Assembly: GCA_965214605.1 (NCBI GenBank)
Contig: OZ243961.1
Location: 1,216,001 to 1,280,000, forward strand
DNA from: an uncultured Candidatus Binatia bacterium
GTDB lineage: Bacteria; Desulfobacterota; Binatia; Bin18
DNA length: 64,000 bases
Direction: 5' to 3'
A program made the position numbers and the translations under genes. Positions 20,832-29,982 of this stretch are shown here, piece by piece. The first letter of the stretch is position 1, and each line of letters starts with the position of its first letter. A model generated the notes under the pieces. That model made no database searches. It was given only the letters and a program-made list of their open reading frames with translations, and was not told the origin of the DNA.

Positions 20832-22246
20832 GCTTCCTGGGCATCCGGACCGACGGCGTGGCCGAACTCCTGGTCAAGACGATGACGCAGTAGCTCCACA
20901 TACGCACCGGGCAGGCCATGGCGCTCGCCCCAGCCACCCAGCAGCGCATTGGTCGTCTGGGCCACGTCGGGAGACCGGGGCATGATCTCGGCGGCCACAT
21001 AGCGTAACACCGCCGGTAGCGATGTCGGCTTAGTCTTGCTGATACTTAAATACAGCGCAGCCAAGACTTCGCGGCTCGTCCCAACGCACTCAAATGGCCT
21101 GTGTTCATAAAAACCGAGCAGCTGGCGGATAATGCCAATCAAGCGCTCGTCGGCAAACAGGTCACGACCAAAAATACTCCGCAGCTCTTCGGCTCCGAGA
21201 AAGGGGTGTAAGGCGATGAAAACAAAGACGCACTTAGCGCAGGTGCCGCACCAGGTATCTTCTTTGAGGTTACGATTACAGCTTTTAAACACCCTAAAAT
21301 ACTCGGGATAGCGGGCAAACAGACGGGTAATCTGAAGTTCATACAGAGGACGTAACAGACTAAAATAGTACGCCTGGCTGGCCAAATACCGACGGCTATA
21401 CCACTGAAAGGCGCGTTCAAAACGGAGCGTCTTTGAGTATTGGTGGTTCACCCCACTGCCCAGAAACTGGGCCGAAGCTTCCTCACTGCCACGCTCGTTG
21501 GCGGCCACAATCCGGCGGTAGTTGCCCACTACCGCGGCTAGCAGCCCGAGCATGGCCAGATAGGCCGAAAACGGAGTGTGCCCGTTTAAATAGCCGGCGG
21601 CGTTGAGCTGGAGCAGCTTAGGGTCAATATCCCGGCTAACAATAATTGGCGCTGAACAGGCGGCTCTGGCAGCCAAGGTACGCGCAGCCGGAGCCGGATT
21701 CAACAGAATGGCGTTGAACGGCCTCCGGCCCTCTCGCAACAGCTGCACGCTGAGCGCGGAGTCTTTGCCGCCGCTCAACAGCACCAGATCCCGCTCATCC
21801 TGTAGAACTGGGGAGTAGACCGGTTTTCTGCTGGGCGGCGTGTGGTCGGAACTCAGCCGCACAAAATCTTTTTGCTTGTAGTTAATACGATTGCGGTAAA
21901 AGAACTCCCGCATCCCGTGCAGCAGCAAATCTTTCCACCAGTCAATCTGTCGGGCGTCCAAATAGCCAGCCTGGACAAAGATGTGGGGTGAGCAGGTGGC
22001 TTTCCAATAACTCAGCATTTCAATCAGGCCAAGATGAAAGACGAGGTTGTTCAGCACCGGCGGCTCAAGGCTATCAAACCGTTGGGGATCGACCGATTCG
22101 AGGCTGAGTTTGGGTCGGAAGACAATATCCGGCTCAACGACAAATTGGAAACGCAGTTGCAAGCGCTGCCCACAACGGGTGTAGGAGCAGGCTTCATACC
22201 TAAATTGCGGATAGCGGCTACGCAGCTGCTCAAGGGGGATAGTCAT
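20828..22246 (-). CDS. murL: UDP-MurNAc-L-Ala-L-Glu epimerase
   Basis: SYWKA, SGGKDS, NGHTP, NERGS, VNHQYSK, LRPL.EL, SCN, WCGTCAKC and PFECVG motifs. Adjacent to murD. Confidence 0.85.
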   Translation of the reverse strand: MTIPLEQLRSRYPQFRYEACSYTRCGQRLQLRFQFVVEPDIVFRPKLSLESVDPQRFDSLEPPVLNNLVFHLGLIEMLSYWKATCSPHIFVQAGYLDARQIDWWKDLLLHGMREFFYRNRINYKQKDFVRLSSDHTPPSRKPVYSPVLQDERDLVLLSGGKDSALSVQLLREGRRPFNAILLNPAPAARTLAARAACSAPIIVSRDIDPKLLQLNAAGYLNGHTPFSAYLAMLGLLAAVVGNYRRIVAANERGSEEASAQFLGSGVNHQYSKTLRFERAFQWYSRRYLASQAYYFSLLRPLYELQITRLFARYPEYFRVFKSCNRNLKEDTWCGTCAKCVFVFIALHPFLGAEELRSIFGRDLFADERLIGIIRQLLGFYEHRPFECVGTSREVLAALYLSISKTKPTSLPAVLRYVAAEIMPRSPDVAQTTNALLGGWGERHGLPGAYVELLRHRLDQEFGHAVGPDAQEA

Positions 22247-22247
22247 C

Positions 22248-23186
22248 CTATACACAACCCAGCGCCGCCTGGGCACTCCCCCACGACAGAGTCACCCCTG
22301 CTCCGCCGTGGCCGTAATTATGGACGATACGCCGCCCGTTGCGCTCTTCGGCGGCAATCCGGATGCCGCCCTCCCGATACGGACGCAGCCCAGCAAACGT
22401 CCGGCGGGCGGAAGTCAGCTCCAGACTGGGCAGAATGCGTTTGTTGCCGCTAATGATGAGGTGCAACGCCCCACTGTCGACCGTTTCGGTATCCACATTT
22501 CTCTCAGTCGTTCCTCCCAGTAAGGTCTCGGTTTTCCTCGGATAGACGTAAAAGCCGTCGGCGTTGATCGACCAGTCCATGTCTGGCTGGGGGCCAACGA
22601 CCACGACCTGGCCCTTGATCGGTATGAGCTGCGGGTCGTGACACAGCTGTTGTGATCCCAAGCCGGTACAGTTGAAAACAATATCGGCTGGCAGGCTGGC
22701 CAGCTGCTCTAGGTCGGTGAATTTCTGCTCAATGACCACAACGCGCCCGTTGTTTTTCTCAAACTGGGCCATCAACCACGGCAGGTACACCGGCATGTCG
22801 ATAAAAAAGCTCACATATTTCCAGCCAAAGGCGTATCCGCCCGGCACCTTGGGCCGTTCTAGGATACACACCTGCTGCATCACCGACAAATAGTCGGCCC
22901 TTGGTCTGGACGCGCTGCTGGCCTCCCAGTGAATGTGTTTCCGCACGCCCGCTGCCGCGCCGGCCTGGGCAAGCACTTTCTCAAAGGCGGCCCAGCTGTC
23001 TTCAAGCAGACGCTGGGTTTGCTCATTATAATCCACCGCATGGGGCTTAAAACTGGCCGCGGCTTTGACCGAGGTTGTACGCAGCGGCAGGCGATCGGTA
23101 TACAGGGTGACGGTCCAGCCACACTGCTGGGCGACAAGAGCCGTGCTCAAGCCAACTACACCAGAGCCGAGGACTGCAGCATGCAT
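22248..23186 (-). CDS. D-amino-acid oxidase family flavoprotein
   Basis: GSGVVGLSTA, NCTGLG, PIKGQ, GLRPYR and HNYGHGGAGVTLSWG motifs. Confidence 0.9.
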   Translation of the reverse strand: MHAAVLGSGVVGLSTALVAQQCGWTVTLYTDRLPLRTTSVKAAASFKPHAVDYNEQTQRLLEDSWAAFEKVLAQAGAAAGVRKHIHWEASSASRPRADYLSVMQQVCILERPKVPGGYAFGWKYVSFFIDMPVYLPWLMAQFEKNNGRVVVIEQKFTDLEQLASLPADIVFNCTGLGSQQLCHDPQLIPIKGQVVVVGPQPDMDWSINADGFYVYPRKTETLLGGTTERNVDTETVDSGALHLIISGNKRILPSLELTSARRTFAGLRPYREGGIRIAAEERNGRRIVHNYGHGGAGVTLSWGSAQAALGCV

Positions 23187-23271
23187 GGCGTTTTTCCTCG
23201 GGTCGGACAATGCTCCGCCCGCTGCTCGCAGGAAGCGGGAGACACAGGGCCTGCAGTTCCCGGCCGCGTGG

Positions 23272-23787
23272 CTAGTGGGAGTGGGCCCCGGCAACAGAGG
23301 AGGGGCCCTTGGTGTGGCTGTGATCGTGCGAGTGGGCGTGACGGCGGAAATTATGGCTTGGTGTGTTCGTCTTCTTGTGGTCCGGACCGTGGCTGTGACC
23401 ATGCGAGGGCGGCGCATACTTGGGTTCCGGCAGACCGTGCTGCTTGCGGACCCCGGCCGCTCTGGCTACCTTGTCGTCAAATTCTTTACCCCGGCCAACG
23501 CTGTGGGCAGCAAAGCGTTTGACCGAGTACTCGTCCATATGGCACGACAGTGGCACTTGCGGATAGCGCATGCACAGGGGCCGCTGGTTTTGATTCTGGG
23601 GAGTGGGTCGGGGCTGTTGTCCGGCGTGGACATCGACCGCGCCAGAACCAATGGCAAAGGCCGACACAATCCGCGGGGCCCGTTTGCCACAGCTCGGACA
23701 GGTCTTCTTGTTGTTGGACTCACGTATTGAGCTTAATTCTTCGAAGGTAAGCTGACAGGCGACACAGTGGTATTCGTACAGCGGCAT
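23272..23787 (-). CDS. FmdB-family zinc-ribbon protein with His-rich C-terminal extension
   Basis: MPLYEYHCVAC...FE...CPSCG; tail HGHSHG...HAHSHDHSH...HSH. Confidence 0.8.
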   Translation of the reverse strand: MPLYEYHCVACQLTFEELSSIRESNNKKTCPSCGKRAPRIVSAFAIGSGAVDVHAGQQPRPTPQNQNQRPLCMRYPQVPLSCHMDEYSVKRFAAHSVGRGKEFDDKVARAAGVRKQHGLPEPKYAPPSHGHSHGPDHKKTNTPSHNFRRHAHSHDHSHTKGPSSVAGAHSH

Positions 23788-23807
23788 AGGTCTTCTCCCA
23801 GTGTTGC

Positions 23808-24593
23808 CTATTCGATCGGCGTGGGCGCGTGCGGAAACTCGGCCCAGTCCTCGGGATCGTGCGAAATCCAGACGCTGGCCTCGTGCAGATCGCGGAGAGC
23901 TTTGATACGCTGGATCGATAGGGAAGACTGAATCGGATCGGTGTCCAGCGGCATACCGGCCAGGGTATCGAACTGCATCCGAAGGTGGAGCGTATCGCCA
24001 ACGAGCAGGATGGAACGGTTGGGCAAGTGGACGTACAGCGAGCTTTCGCCCGGCGTGTGGCCCGGCGTTTTCAGCAAGTGCAGGCTGCTGTCGCCAAACA
24101 CGTCGAAATCGCCTTGCAGCTCCAGCCAGTCGAAGTTCCGAGTCGGCACGATATCTTTGAACACAAACACATCCCGCAGATGCGTATCCGGCCAGTAGGC
24201 GTAGCGCAACTCATTTTCCATGATCAGGAATTTGGCGTTCGGAAAGGCGTGCAGATAACCGGTGTGGTCAAGATGCAGGTGGGAAACGATCACGTATTTG
24301 ATGTCATCCATCTTGTAGCCCAGAGCCTGAATCTGTCGGTCGAGCAAGAGCTCTTTCGGGTAGTTGATCTGCAGGGCTTCGGCAAACGGACCCCAGTGGC
24401 CAACCGGGTCATCAGCCGCAGCCGGATGGCAACCGGTATCAAACAGGACTAGCCCCTTGGGATGTTCGATCAAATAGGCTGGGCACGGAATTTCCACCAG
24501 CTCATCAGACCCGCCGTGGGCCAGAAGACTCTGCGGCACGGTCAGAGTGGCGTTGGGCAAGGCCCACATCTTGGTTGCCGTTCCATTCGCCAT
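23808..24593 (-). CDS. N-acyl-homoserine-lactonase-family metallo-beta-lactamase fold hydrolase
   Basis: LFDTG, SHLHLDH, DVFGD, TPGHTPG, GD and terminal HD motifs. Confidence 0.85.
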   Translation of the reverse strand: MANGTATKMWALPNATLTVPQSLLAHGGSDELVEIPCPAYLIEHPKGLVLFDTGCHPAAADDPVGHWGPFAEALQINYPKELLLDRQIQALGYKMDDIKYVIVSHLHLDHTGYLHAFPNAKFLIMENELRYAYWPDTHLRDVFVFKDIVPTRNFDWLELQGDFDVFGDSSLHLLKTPGHTPGESSLYVHLPNRSILLVGDTLHLRMQFDTLAGMPLDTDPIQSSLSIQRIKALRDLHEASVWISHDPEDWAEFPHAPTPIE

Positions 24594-24682
24594 AGCTTCC
24601 TCCTGGTTTGTGGTCGGCCGGAATCGTCCGGAACGGCCCGCATGCTAATCCAAGCCGCTCCCCAGTGTCAAGCGTTCGACCC

Positions 24683-25870
24683 CTAGCGTGCCTTTGGCAG
24701 CCCCAGGACACGCTCGCCGATCACCCCGCGCAAAATTTCGTTCGTCCCGGCAGCAATCGTTCCGCCCCGCGCGCTCAGCATCCGATACGACCAGCGGGCC
24801 TGATCCATGGCAAACGGCGAACCCTTGGCCAGAATCGAATACGGCCCCAGCAACTCCATCGCAAAGTCAACGATCCGCATGTTCAGCTCACTTGACATGA
24901 TTTTGGAAAACGACCCCTCGGGTCCCGGCGGCTGGCCCTGGAGTTGACGGGTCAGCCGGCGCAGGTCGTTGTACTTGATGGCTTGAGCCTCAATCGAAAA
25001 CTGGGCGAGTTTTTGACGTACGGCCTCGTCATCAATCGCTGGACGACCGTTCAGTTCAAGCTGTCGGGCCAGTTCGTACAGTTGGGGCAGGATCTTCTCA
25101 AATCTGTAAAAGCTGCCACTCGATACTCGCTCAAACATGAGGGTGGTAATCGCCACCATCCAGCCCTGATTGAGGTCCCCGACCAAATTCTCTTTGGGTA
25201 CCCGCACATCCTCAAAAAAGACCTCGTTAAACTCCGAATCGCCATTGATCTGAACCAGGGGCCGGACCGTCACACCAGGGCTGTGCATATCGACCAGAAT
25301 ATAGCTGATTCCCTTATGTTTGGGAGCCTCGGGATCCGTTCGCACCAACACAAAACACCAATCCGAGTACTGTGCCCAACTCGTCCATACCTTCTGACCG
25401 TTGATCACAAAATGGTCGCCATCTTCAACCGCCCGGGTCTGTATTGAGGCCAGGTCAGAACCCGAGCCCGGCTCGGAATAGCCTTGGCACCAAATGTGTG
25501 CAGCCGGCAGGATCTTAGGCAGAAAGCGTTCCTTTTGCGCCTCGGTTCCCCAGTGCATCAGGGTCGGCCCCAGCAGCGAAATACCGCTCAGATTCACCCC
25601 CTGCGACACCCCGAGGCGACTCATTTCTTCAGTAAAGATCGCCTGTTCAATCAGCGATGCCCCACGCCCGCCGTACTCCTCGGGCCACCACAGGCCGACC
25701 CAGCCACCCTCGTGGAGTTTCTTGTGCCAATCAAGCCCACGCCGCCAGCGTTCTTCGGGGTCTAGGTCTTCATCTTTGCCGCCCCGCAGGTCGTCCGGCA
25801 CATTGGCGTCCATCCAGGTCTGGACTTCCCCACGGAATTGTTCTTCTTCCGATGAATAGCTAAAATCCAT
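24683..25870 (-). CDS. Acyl-CoA dehydrogenase
   Basis: WCQGYSEPGSGSDLAS, NGQKVWTS, FNEVFFEDV and IAAGTNEI motifs. Confidence 0.93.
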   Translation of the reverse strand: MDFSYSSEEEQFRGEVQTWMDANVPDDLRGGKDEDLDPEERWRRGLDWHKKLHEGGWVGLWWPEEYGGRGASLIEQAIFTEEMSRLGVSQGVNLSGISLLGPTLMHWGTEAQKERFLPKILPAAHIWCQGYSEPGSGSDLASIQTRAVEDGDHFVINGQKVWTSWAQYSDWCFVLVRTDPEAPKHKGISYILVDMHSPGVTVRPLVQINGDSEFNEVFFEDVRVPKENLVGDLNQGWMVAITTLMFERVSSGSFYRFEKILPQLYELARQLELNGRPAIDDEAVRQKLAQFSIEAQAIKYNDLRRLTRQLQGQPPGPEGSFSKIMSSELNMRIVDFAMELLGPYSILAKGSPFAMDQARWSYRMLSARGGTIAAGTNEILRGVIGERVLGLPKAR

Positions 25871-26079
25871 ATTTGGCTCCTGACTCCTTCCAAGAGAAGA
25901 CTCATCGCTTCCCCCATGAGCGCGAGTTCCTCAGTATCTTATAGCCCACTCCTGCCAAAAAAGCGAAACACGCAAGCCGGAGGTGTCCCTCTCTAAGTAT
26001 ATCTTGCGCCTCCCTCTCCTGCTCAGTACCATGCGCACACTTGTCCGCCAGATTTGTTCACATTGATGAGAGGAGCGCC

Positions 26080-27234
26080 ATGGAATTCGCCTTCAGTGAA
26101 GAGCAACGCCTGCTCCAAGGCAGCCTGCGCCAGTACGCTAAGGAAAAACTGCTGCCCAAGTATGCCCACTGGGATAGGGGTCACACGATTAGCCGCGAGG
26201 AACTGCGGGAGGCGGCCAAACTGGGCATCTTTGGGCTACGGGTCCCGGAAAAGTTCGGTGGCCAAGAGGTCGACTATGTCACCTGCGGCCTGATGACTGA
26301 GGAGCTGTCACGGGGGGACTTTAACTATAGCCTGTATATCCAGCTGGGCCTGATCGCTTCAGAGCTACTGGCCGACTACGCCCACCCTGAGGTCCAGGCC
26401 GAGTGGCTGCCCCGGCATGTCATGGGTGATGCGGTTATCGCTTTTGGTCTGACCGAGCCGAGCGCCGGCTCAGACGCTGCCCACATCACGACCCGGGCCC
26501 AAAAGATAGGCGATGCCTACATCATTAACGGGGAAAAAGCCTCAATTACCTTTGCCGGCTATGCTGACGCGTGCATTGTCTTTGCCCGAACCGGTGAGCA
26601 GGGGGCCCGCGGCCTGTCCGCGTTTTTGGTCCCTCTCGACAGCCCAGGTGTCAGCCGCCAGGTTTACAAGAGCCCGGGCGAACGTTTAACCCAGCGCGGC
26701 TCGCTGTTTTTTGACGGGGTCCAGGTGCCGGCTCGCAATCGGGTCGGCGATGAGAGCCGAGGCTTTCAGCAGGCCATGGTCGCTTTTGATTTTAACCGGG
26801 CGATTATCGGCTTGGCCTGTATCGGCGCTGCCCAACAGTCGCTTGACGAGACCATCGAGTATACCAAGGGACGGACCGTGTTCGACAAACCCTTGGCCAA
26901 ATTTGAGGGCGTGGCGTTTCAGATTGCCGAACATCTGAGCCTGCTCGAAGCGGCGCGTCTGGTGTCCTACAAGTGTTTGTGGCTCAAAGATCAAGGACGC
27001 AAACATACAAAAGAGGCGGCGATGGCCAAGTGGATGGGCCCCAAGTTCTCAGCTGAGGCGATTCATACCTGCATCATTTTACACGGCCATTACGGCTACA
27101 GCATGGACGCGCCGCTAGAGCAACGCTGGCGGGATGTGCTCGGCCTGGAAATCGGCGACGGCACGCCGGAGATTATGAAGGGCATTGTTGCCCGCGAAGC
27201 GTTTGGACGAGAGTATACTGCGTACCGAGATTAG
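26080..27234 (+). CDS. Acyl-CoA dehydrogenase (cyclohexanecarboxyl-CoA dehydrogenase-like)
   Basis: LTEPSAGSDA, NGEKASIT, HGHYGY and EIGDGTPEIMK motifs. SD GAGGAG. Confidence 0.88.
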   Translation: MEFAFSEEQRLLQGSLRQYAKEKLLPKYAHWDRGHTISREELREAAKLGIFGLRVPEKFGGQEVDYVTCGLMTEELSRGDFNYSLYIQLGLIASELLADYAHPEVQAEWLPRHVMGDAVIAFGLTEPSAGSDAAHITTRAQKIGDAYIINGEKASITFAGYADACIVFARTGEQGARGLSAFLVPLDSPGVSRQVYKSPGERLTQRGSLFFDGVQVPARNRVGDESRGFQQAMVAFDFNRAIIGLACIGAAQQSLDETIEYTKGRTVFDKPLAKFEGVAFQIAEHLSLLEAARLVSYKCLWLKDQGRKHTKEAAMAKWMGPKFSAEAIHTCIILHGHYGYSMDAPLEQRWRDVLGLEIGDGTPEIMKGIVAREAFGREYTAYRD

Positions 27235-27292
27235 CGCCTCAGGCCAGCCGAGGACGGAAGGACCCCCCTCGGCCGGGCTCACAACGACTGTG

Positions 27293-28087
27293 CTAGGCCA
27301 AAAAGCGCCGTATCCGCTCAACAAAGGCGTCGGTCTGCTCAATCTCGGGCCGGTGGCCGCAGTTGTCGAACACGACTAGTTCAGAGCCGGGAATCGCCTT
27401 ATTATAGGCTTGACCAGCGCTGAGGGGCACCACCTCATCGTCTCTACCCCAGATGATAAGAGTGGGCAGCTCTTTTGCCCCGGCCAGCAGCGGACCTAGG
27501 CTGGGGTAGAACATATAGGGCTCCCAGGCGATGCGGGCGGTCTCAGCCCGCGCGTCTTCCCAGGCTTCGTACTGCTCGGGAGTTTGCTCGCCGCCGTACA
27601 GTTTGGCGAATTCCGGGGTGTTTTCCATGTCGGTGACGCTGGCGTCGAGATAAGCACGTGCCGTCACCACAAACATATCTTTGATCTCGCCCTCGGGAGG
27701 CCGAAGACCCGCTGCGCCGATCAGCACTAGACGCCGGAACTGAGCAGCGTTGGCGGCCGCCATTTCAGCCGCAACCCAGCCTCCCAGCGAAAAGCCAATG
27801 ACGTTCGCCGGAACCAGACTCTGGTCCTGGAGCACCTGGGAGTAGAAACCGGCTAAGTCGCGCACACTGTTGATCCACTCAACCCTGGGGGATTTGCCAA
27901 AGCCCGGGTGGTGTGGAATCACCACCGTGTGGGTTCGAGCCAACTCTTCATGCCAACTGGTGATGCCTGGATGTCCTAGCTCCTCATGTAACACGAGCAA
28001 CGTGGGGCCGGATCCCCCTCGAGTCACTACTAACTCGGTACCGGCGGTCTGTACTGTGTCGTCTTGCCATCCTTGTGTTTCTGCCAA
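27293..28087 (-). CDS. Alpha/beta hydrolase
   Basis: PGFGKS, GFSLGG nucleophile elbow, IWGRDD and CGH motifs. TTG start after AGGAGG. Confidence 0.85.
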   Translation of the reverse strand: MAETQGWQDDTVQTAGTELVVTRGGSGPTLLVLHEELGHPGITSWHEELARTHTVVIPHHPGFGKSPRVEWINSVRDLAGFYSQVLQDQSLVPANVIGFSLGGWVAAEMAAANAAQFRRLVLIGAAGLRPPEGEIKDMFVVTARAYLDASVTDMENTPEFAKLYGGEQTPEQYEAWEDARAETARIAWEPYMFYPSLGPLLAGAKELPTLIIWGRDDEVVPLSAGQAYNKAIPGSELVVFDNCGHRPEIEQTDAFVERIRRFLA

Positions 28088-28743
28088 TGGATGTCCTCCT
28101 TTCTGAGCTGTTTAATTTGGTGATGGGGTGTAGGGCGACGGCGATCACGCCGAAAGGCTTCGATCTCCGTCCGGGTGAAGACGGCTAGGACCGGCAGATC
28201 CGGGCCAAGGGCGGTCTGGATGGTGTGCAGCCCGTCATCCTCTTCGCGGTCAACGAGTACGGCGGCTCCCCGGACGTCTAAGCCACCTTCCCGACAGGCA
28301 TGAATCGCTTTTATGGTCGAGCCGCCGGTTGTGACTACGTCGTCAAGCACAAAGACCCGATCGCCTGGACTGGCGCAGCCCTCAATCCAACGCCGCGCGC
28401 CGTGCGTTTTGAGATCTTTGCGGACACTGAAGGCCTGGATCGGATCACCCTGCCCGGCGCTATAGTAAGCGAGCGCCAAGGCCAAGGGATCTGCGCCCTG
28501 GGTCAACCCCCCGCAGGCCACCGCCCGACCTTTGATCCTCTCATACAGCAGCCGACCGACAAGCGGCAGGCTGTGGGCCTGAAAGGTCGTGAGCTTGCAG
28601 TCGAGATAATAGTCGCTCAGCCGACCTGAAGCCAAGCGGAATTTCTTGGCTGGATCCCAACGGTAGGATTGCTCAACCAAGGCTGCTAATAACTGCTGTC
28701 GTGCATCTTGCATGGCTGTCTCGCTCCACCGAGCAAGATCCAT
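28030..28743 (-). CDS. pyrE: Orotate phosphoribosyltransferase
   Basis: FRLASGRLSDYYLDC, RKDLKTHG, VLDDVVTTGGS and VDREE motifs. Exact start uncertain. Confidence 0.9.
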   Translation of the reverse strand: MDLARWSETAMQDARQQLLAALVEQSYRWDPAKKFRLASGRLSDYYLDCKLTTFQAHSLPLVGRLLYERIKGRAVACGGLTQGADPLALALAYYSAGQGDPIQAFSVRKDLKTHGARRWIEGCASPGDRVFVLDDVVTTGGSTIKAIHACREGGLDVRGAAVLVDREEDDGLHTIQTALGPDLPVLAVFTRTEIEAFRRDRRRPTPHHQIKQLRKEDIHWQKHKDGKTTQYRPPVPS

Positions 28744-28919
28744 ATGTCACAAACCTTGCCCCTAGGCTGTAGGCTCTAGCGTAAACCGCGTCTCCCATCA
28801 ATAGGGCATCGGAATAAGGCGCATCAAGTGAGGCCCGAAGCATGGCTCCCGGTCGGCGAATTTTTCTAAAGGGGTCGACGTGGAAATCTCTCGGGAAATA
28901 GGATACATAACACTCGACC

Positions 28920-29966
28920 GTGACTACCCTGCCGCCTCTTCGCGTCGATAGTCCACAGCGCATTTTGATTGTGCTGCTGGGAGCGATCGGCGATGTCACT
29001 AGAGCCCTGCCGCTATTGATGCGGGTCCGTCGTGCCTATCCCCACGGCCATATTGCCTGGGCGGTCGAGCCAGCTGCGGCTCCGCTCCTTGACTATCATC
29101 CGGCCCTCAACGACATCCTGATCTACCACCGGGCACACGGCCTGCGAGCCTTCCTCCCTTTTCTGCGCATGGTTCGACGCCAGAATTTTGATCTGGTGCT
29201 CGACCTGCAGCGGCACGCCAAAAGCGGTCTGGTCAGTTGGTGGTCGGCCGCACCAACCCGTCTAGGTTTCCACCGGGTGAATACCAAAGAGGGCAACTGG
29301 CTGTTCAATACCCACAGCATCGAACCGGTGGCCAATTTTTCGCTCAAGCTGGGCCAGTATCTCAAGTTTACCAAGCGCCTGGGGCTCGAAGGCCAAGAAG
29401 GGGCGCAGGCTGTAGAGTTCGGGCTGCGTCTCCGCCCCCAGGAGGAGCAACGGGTGGGGCGCCTGCTGATGAACACGCCACAGCCGTTTGCGGCGTTTTT
29501 TCTGGGTTCGCGCTGGCCGAGTCGGTTTTGGTTTGCTGAACAGACTGCTCAGGTGGCACGGATGCTAAGGACCGAGCATAATCTAGGGGTCGTTCTGCTC
29601 GGGGGCCCAGGCGAGGTAGCGTTTGCACGGGCAATCAGGCAGGCGGGTGGTCCGGGGATCACCGATCTGAGTGGACAGACTAGTCTGCGCGATCTGATTG
29701 GGATCTTCTCGCGCTGTCAAGTCGCCATTGGGCCCGACTCGGGACCAATGCATATCGCGGCCGCAACCGGCACGCCGGTTGTCTCGCTGTGGGGGGCAAC
29801 CAGCCCGATTCGCTCGGTGCCGTGGGGTTCGGAGGAGCTCGTGATCGCCGGGCCGGCGGCGTGTAGCCCGTGTTATGCGCGGCGATGCCGTATCGGGCGC
29901 CGGTGTATGCAACGCATTCAACCGGCCCAGGTTCTTGAGGTTATTGAGCAGGCCCTCAGCAGCTGA
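28920..29966 (+). CDS. GT9 LPS heptosyltransferase (WaaC/WaaF-like)
   Basis: GAIGDV, DLQ..KS and DSGPMHIAAA.GTP motifs. Confidence 0.9.
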   Translation: MTTLPPLRVDSPQRILIVLLGAIGDVTRALPLLMRVRRAYPHGHIAWAVEPAAAPLLDYHPALNDILIYHRAHGLRAFLPFLRMVRRQNFDLVLDLQRHAKSGLVSWWSAAPTRLGFHRVNTKEGNWLFNTHSIEPVANFSLKLGQYLKFTKRLGLEGQEGAQAVEFGLRLRPQEEQRVGRLLMNTPQPFAAFFLGSRWPSRFWFAEQTAQVARMLRTEHNLGVVLLGGPGEVAFARAIRQAGGPGITDLSGQTSLRDLIGIFSRCQVAIGPDSGPMHIAAATGTPVVSLWGATSPIRSVPWGSEELVIAGPAACSPCYARRCRIGRRCMQRIQPAQVLEVIEQALSS

Positions 29967-29982
29967 TAGCTGATAGCGGTAC

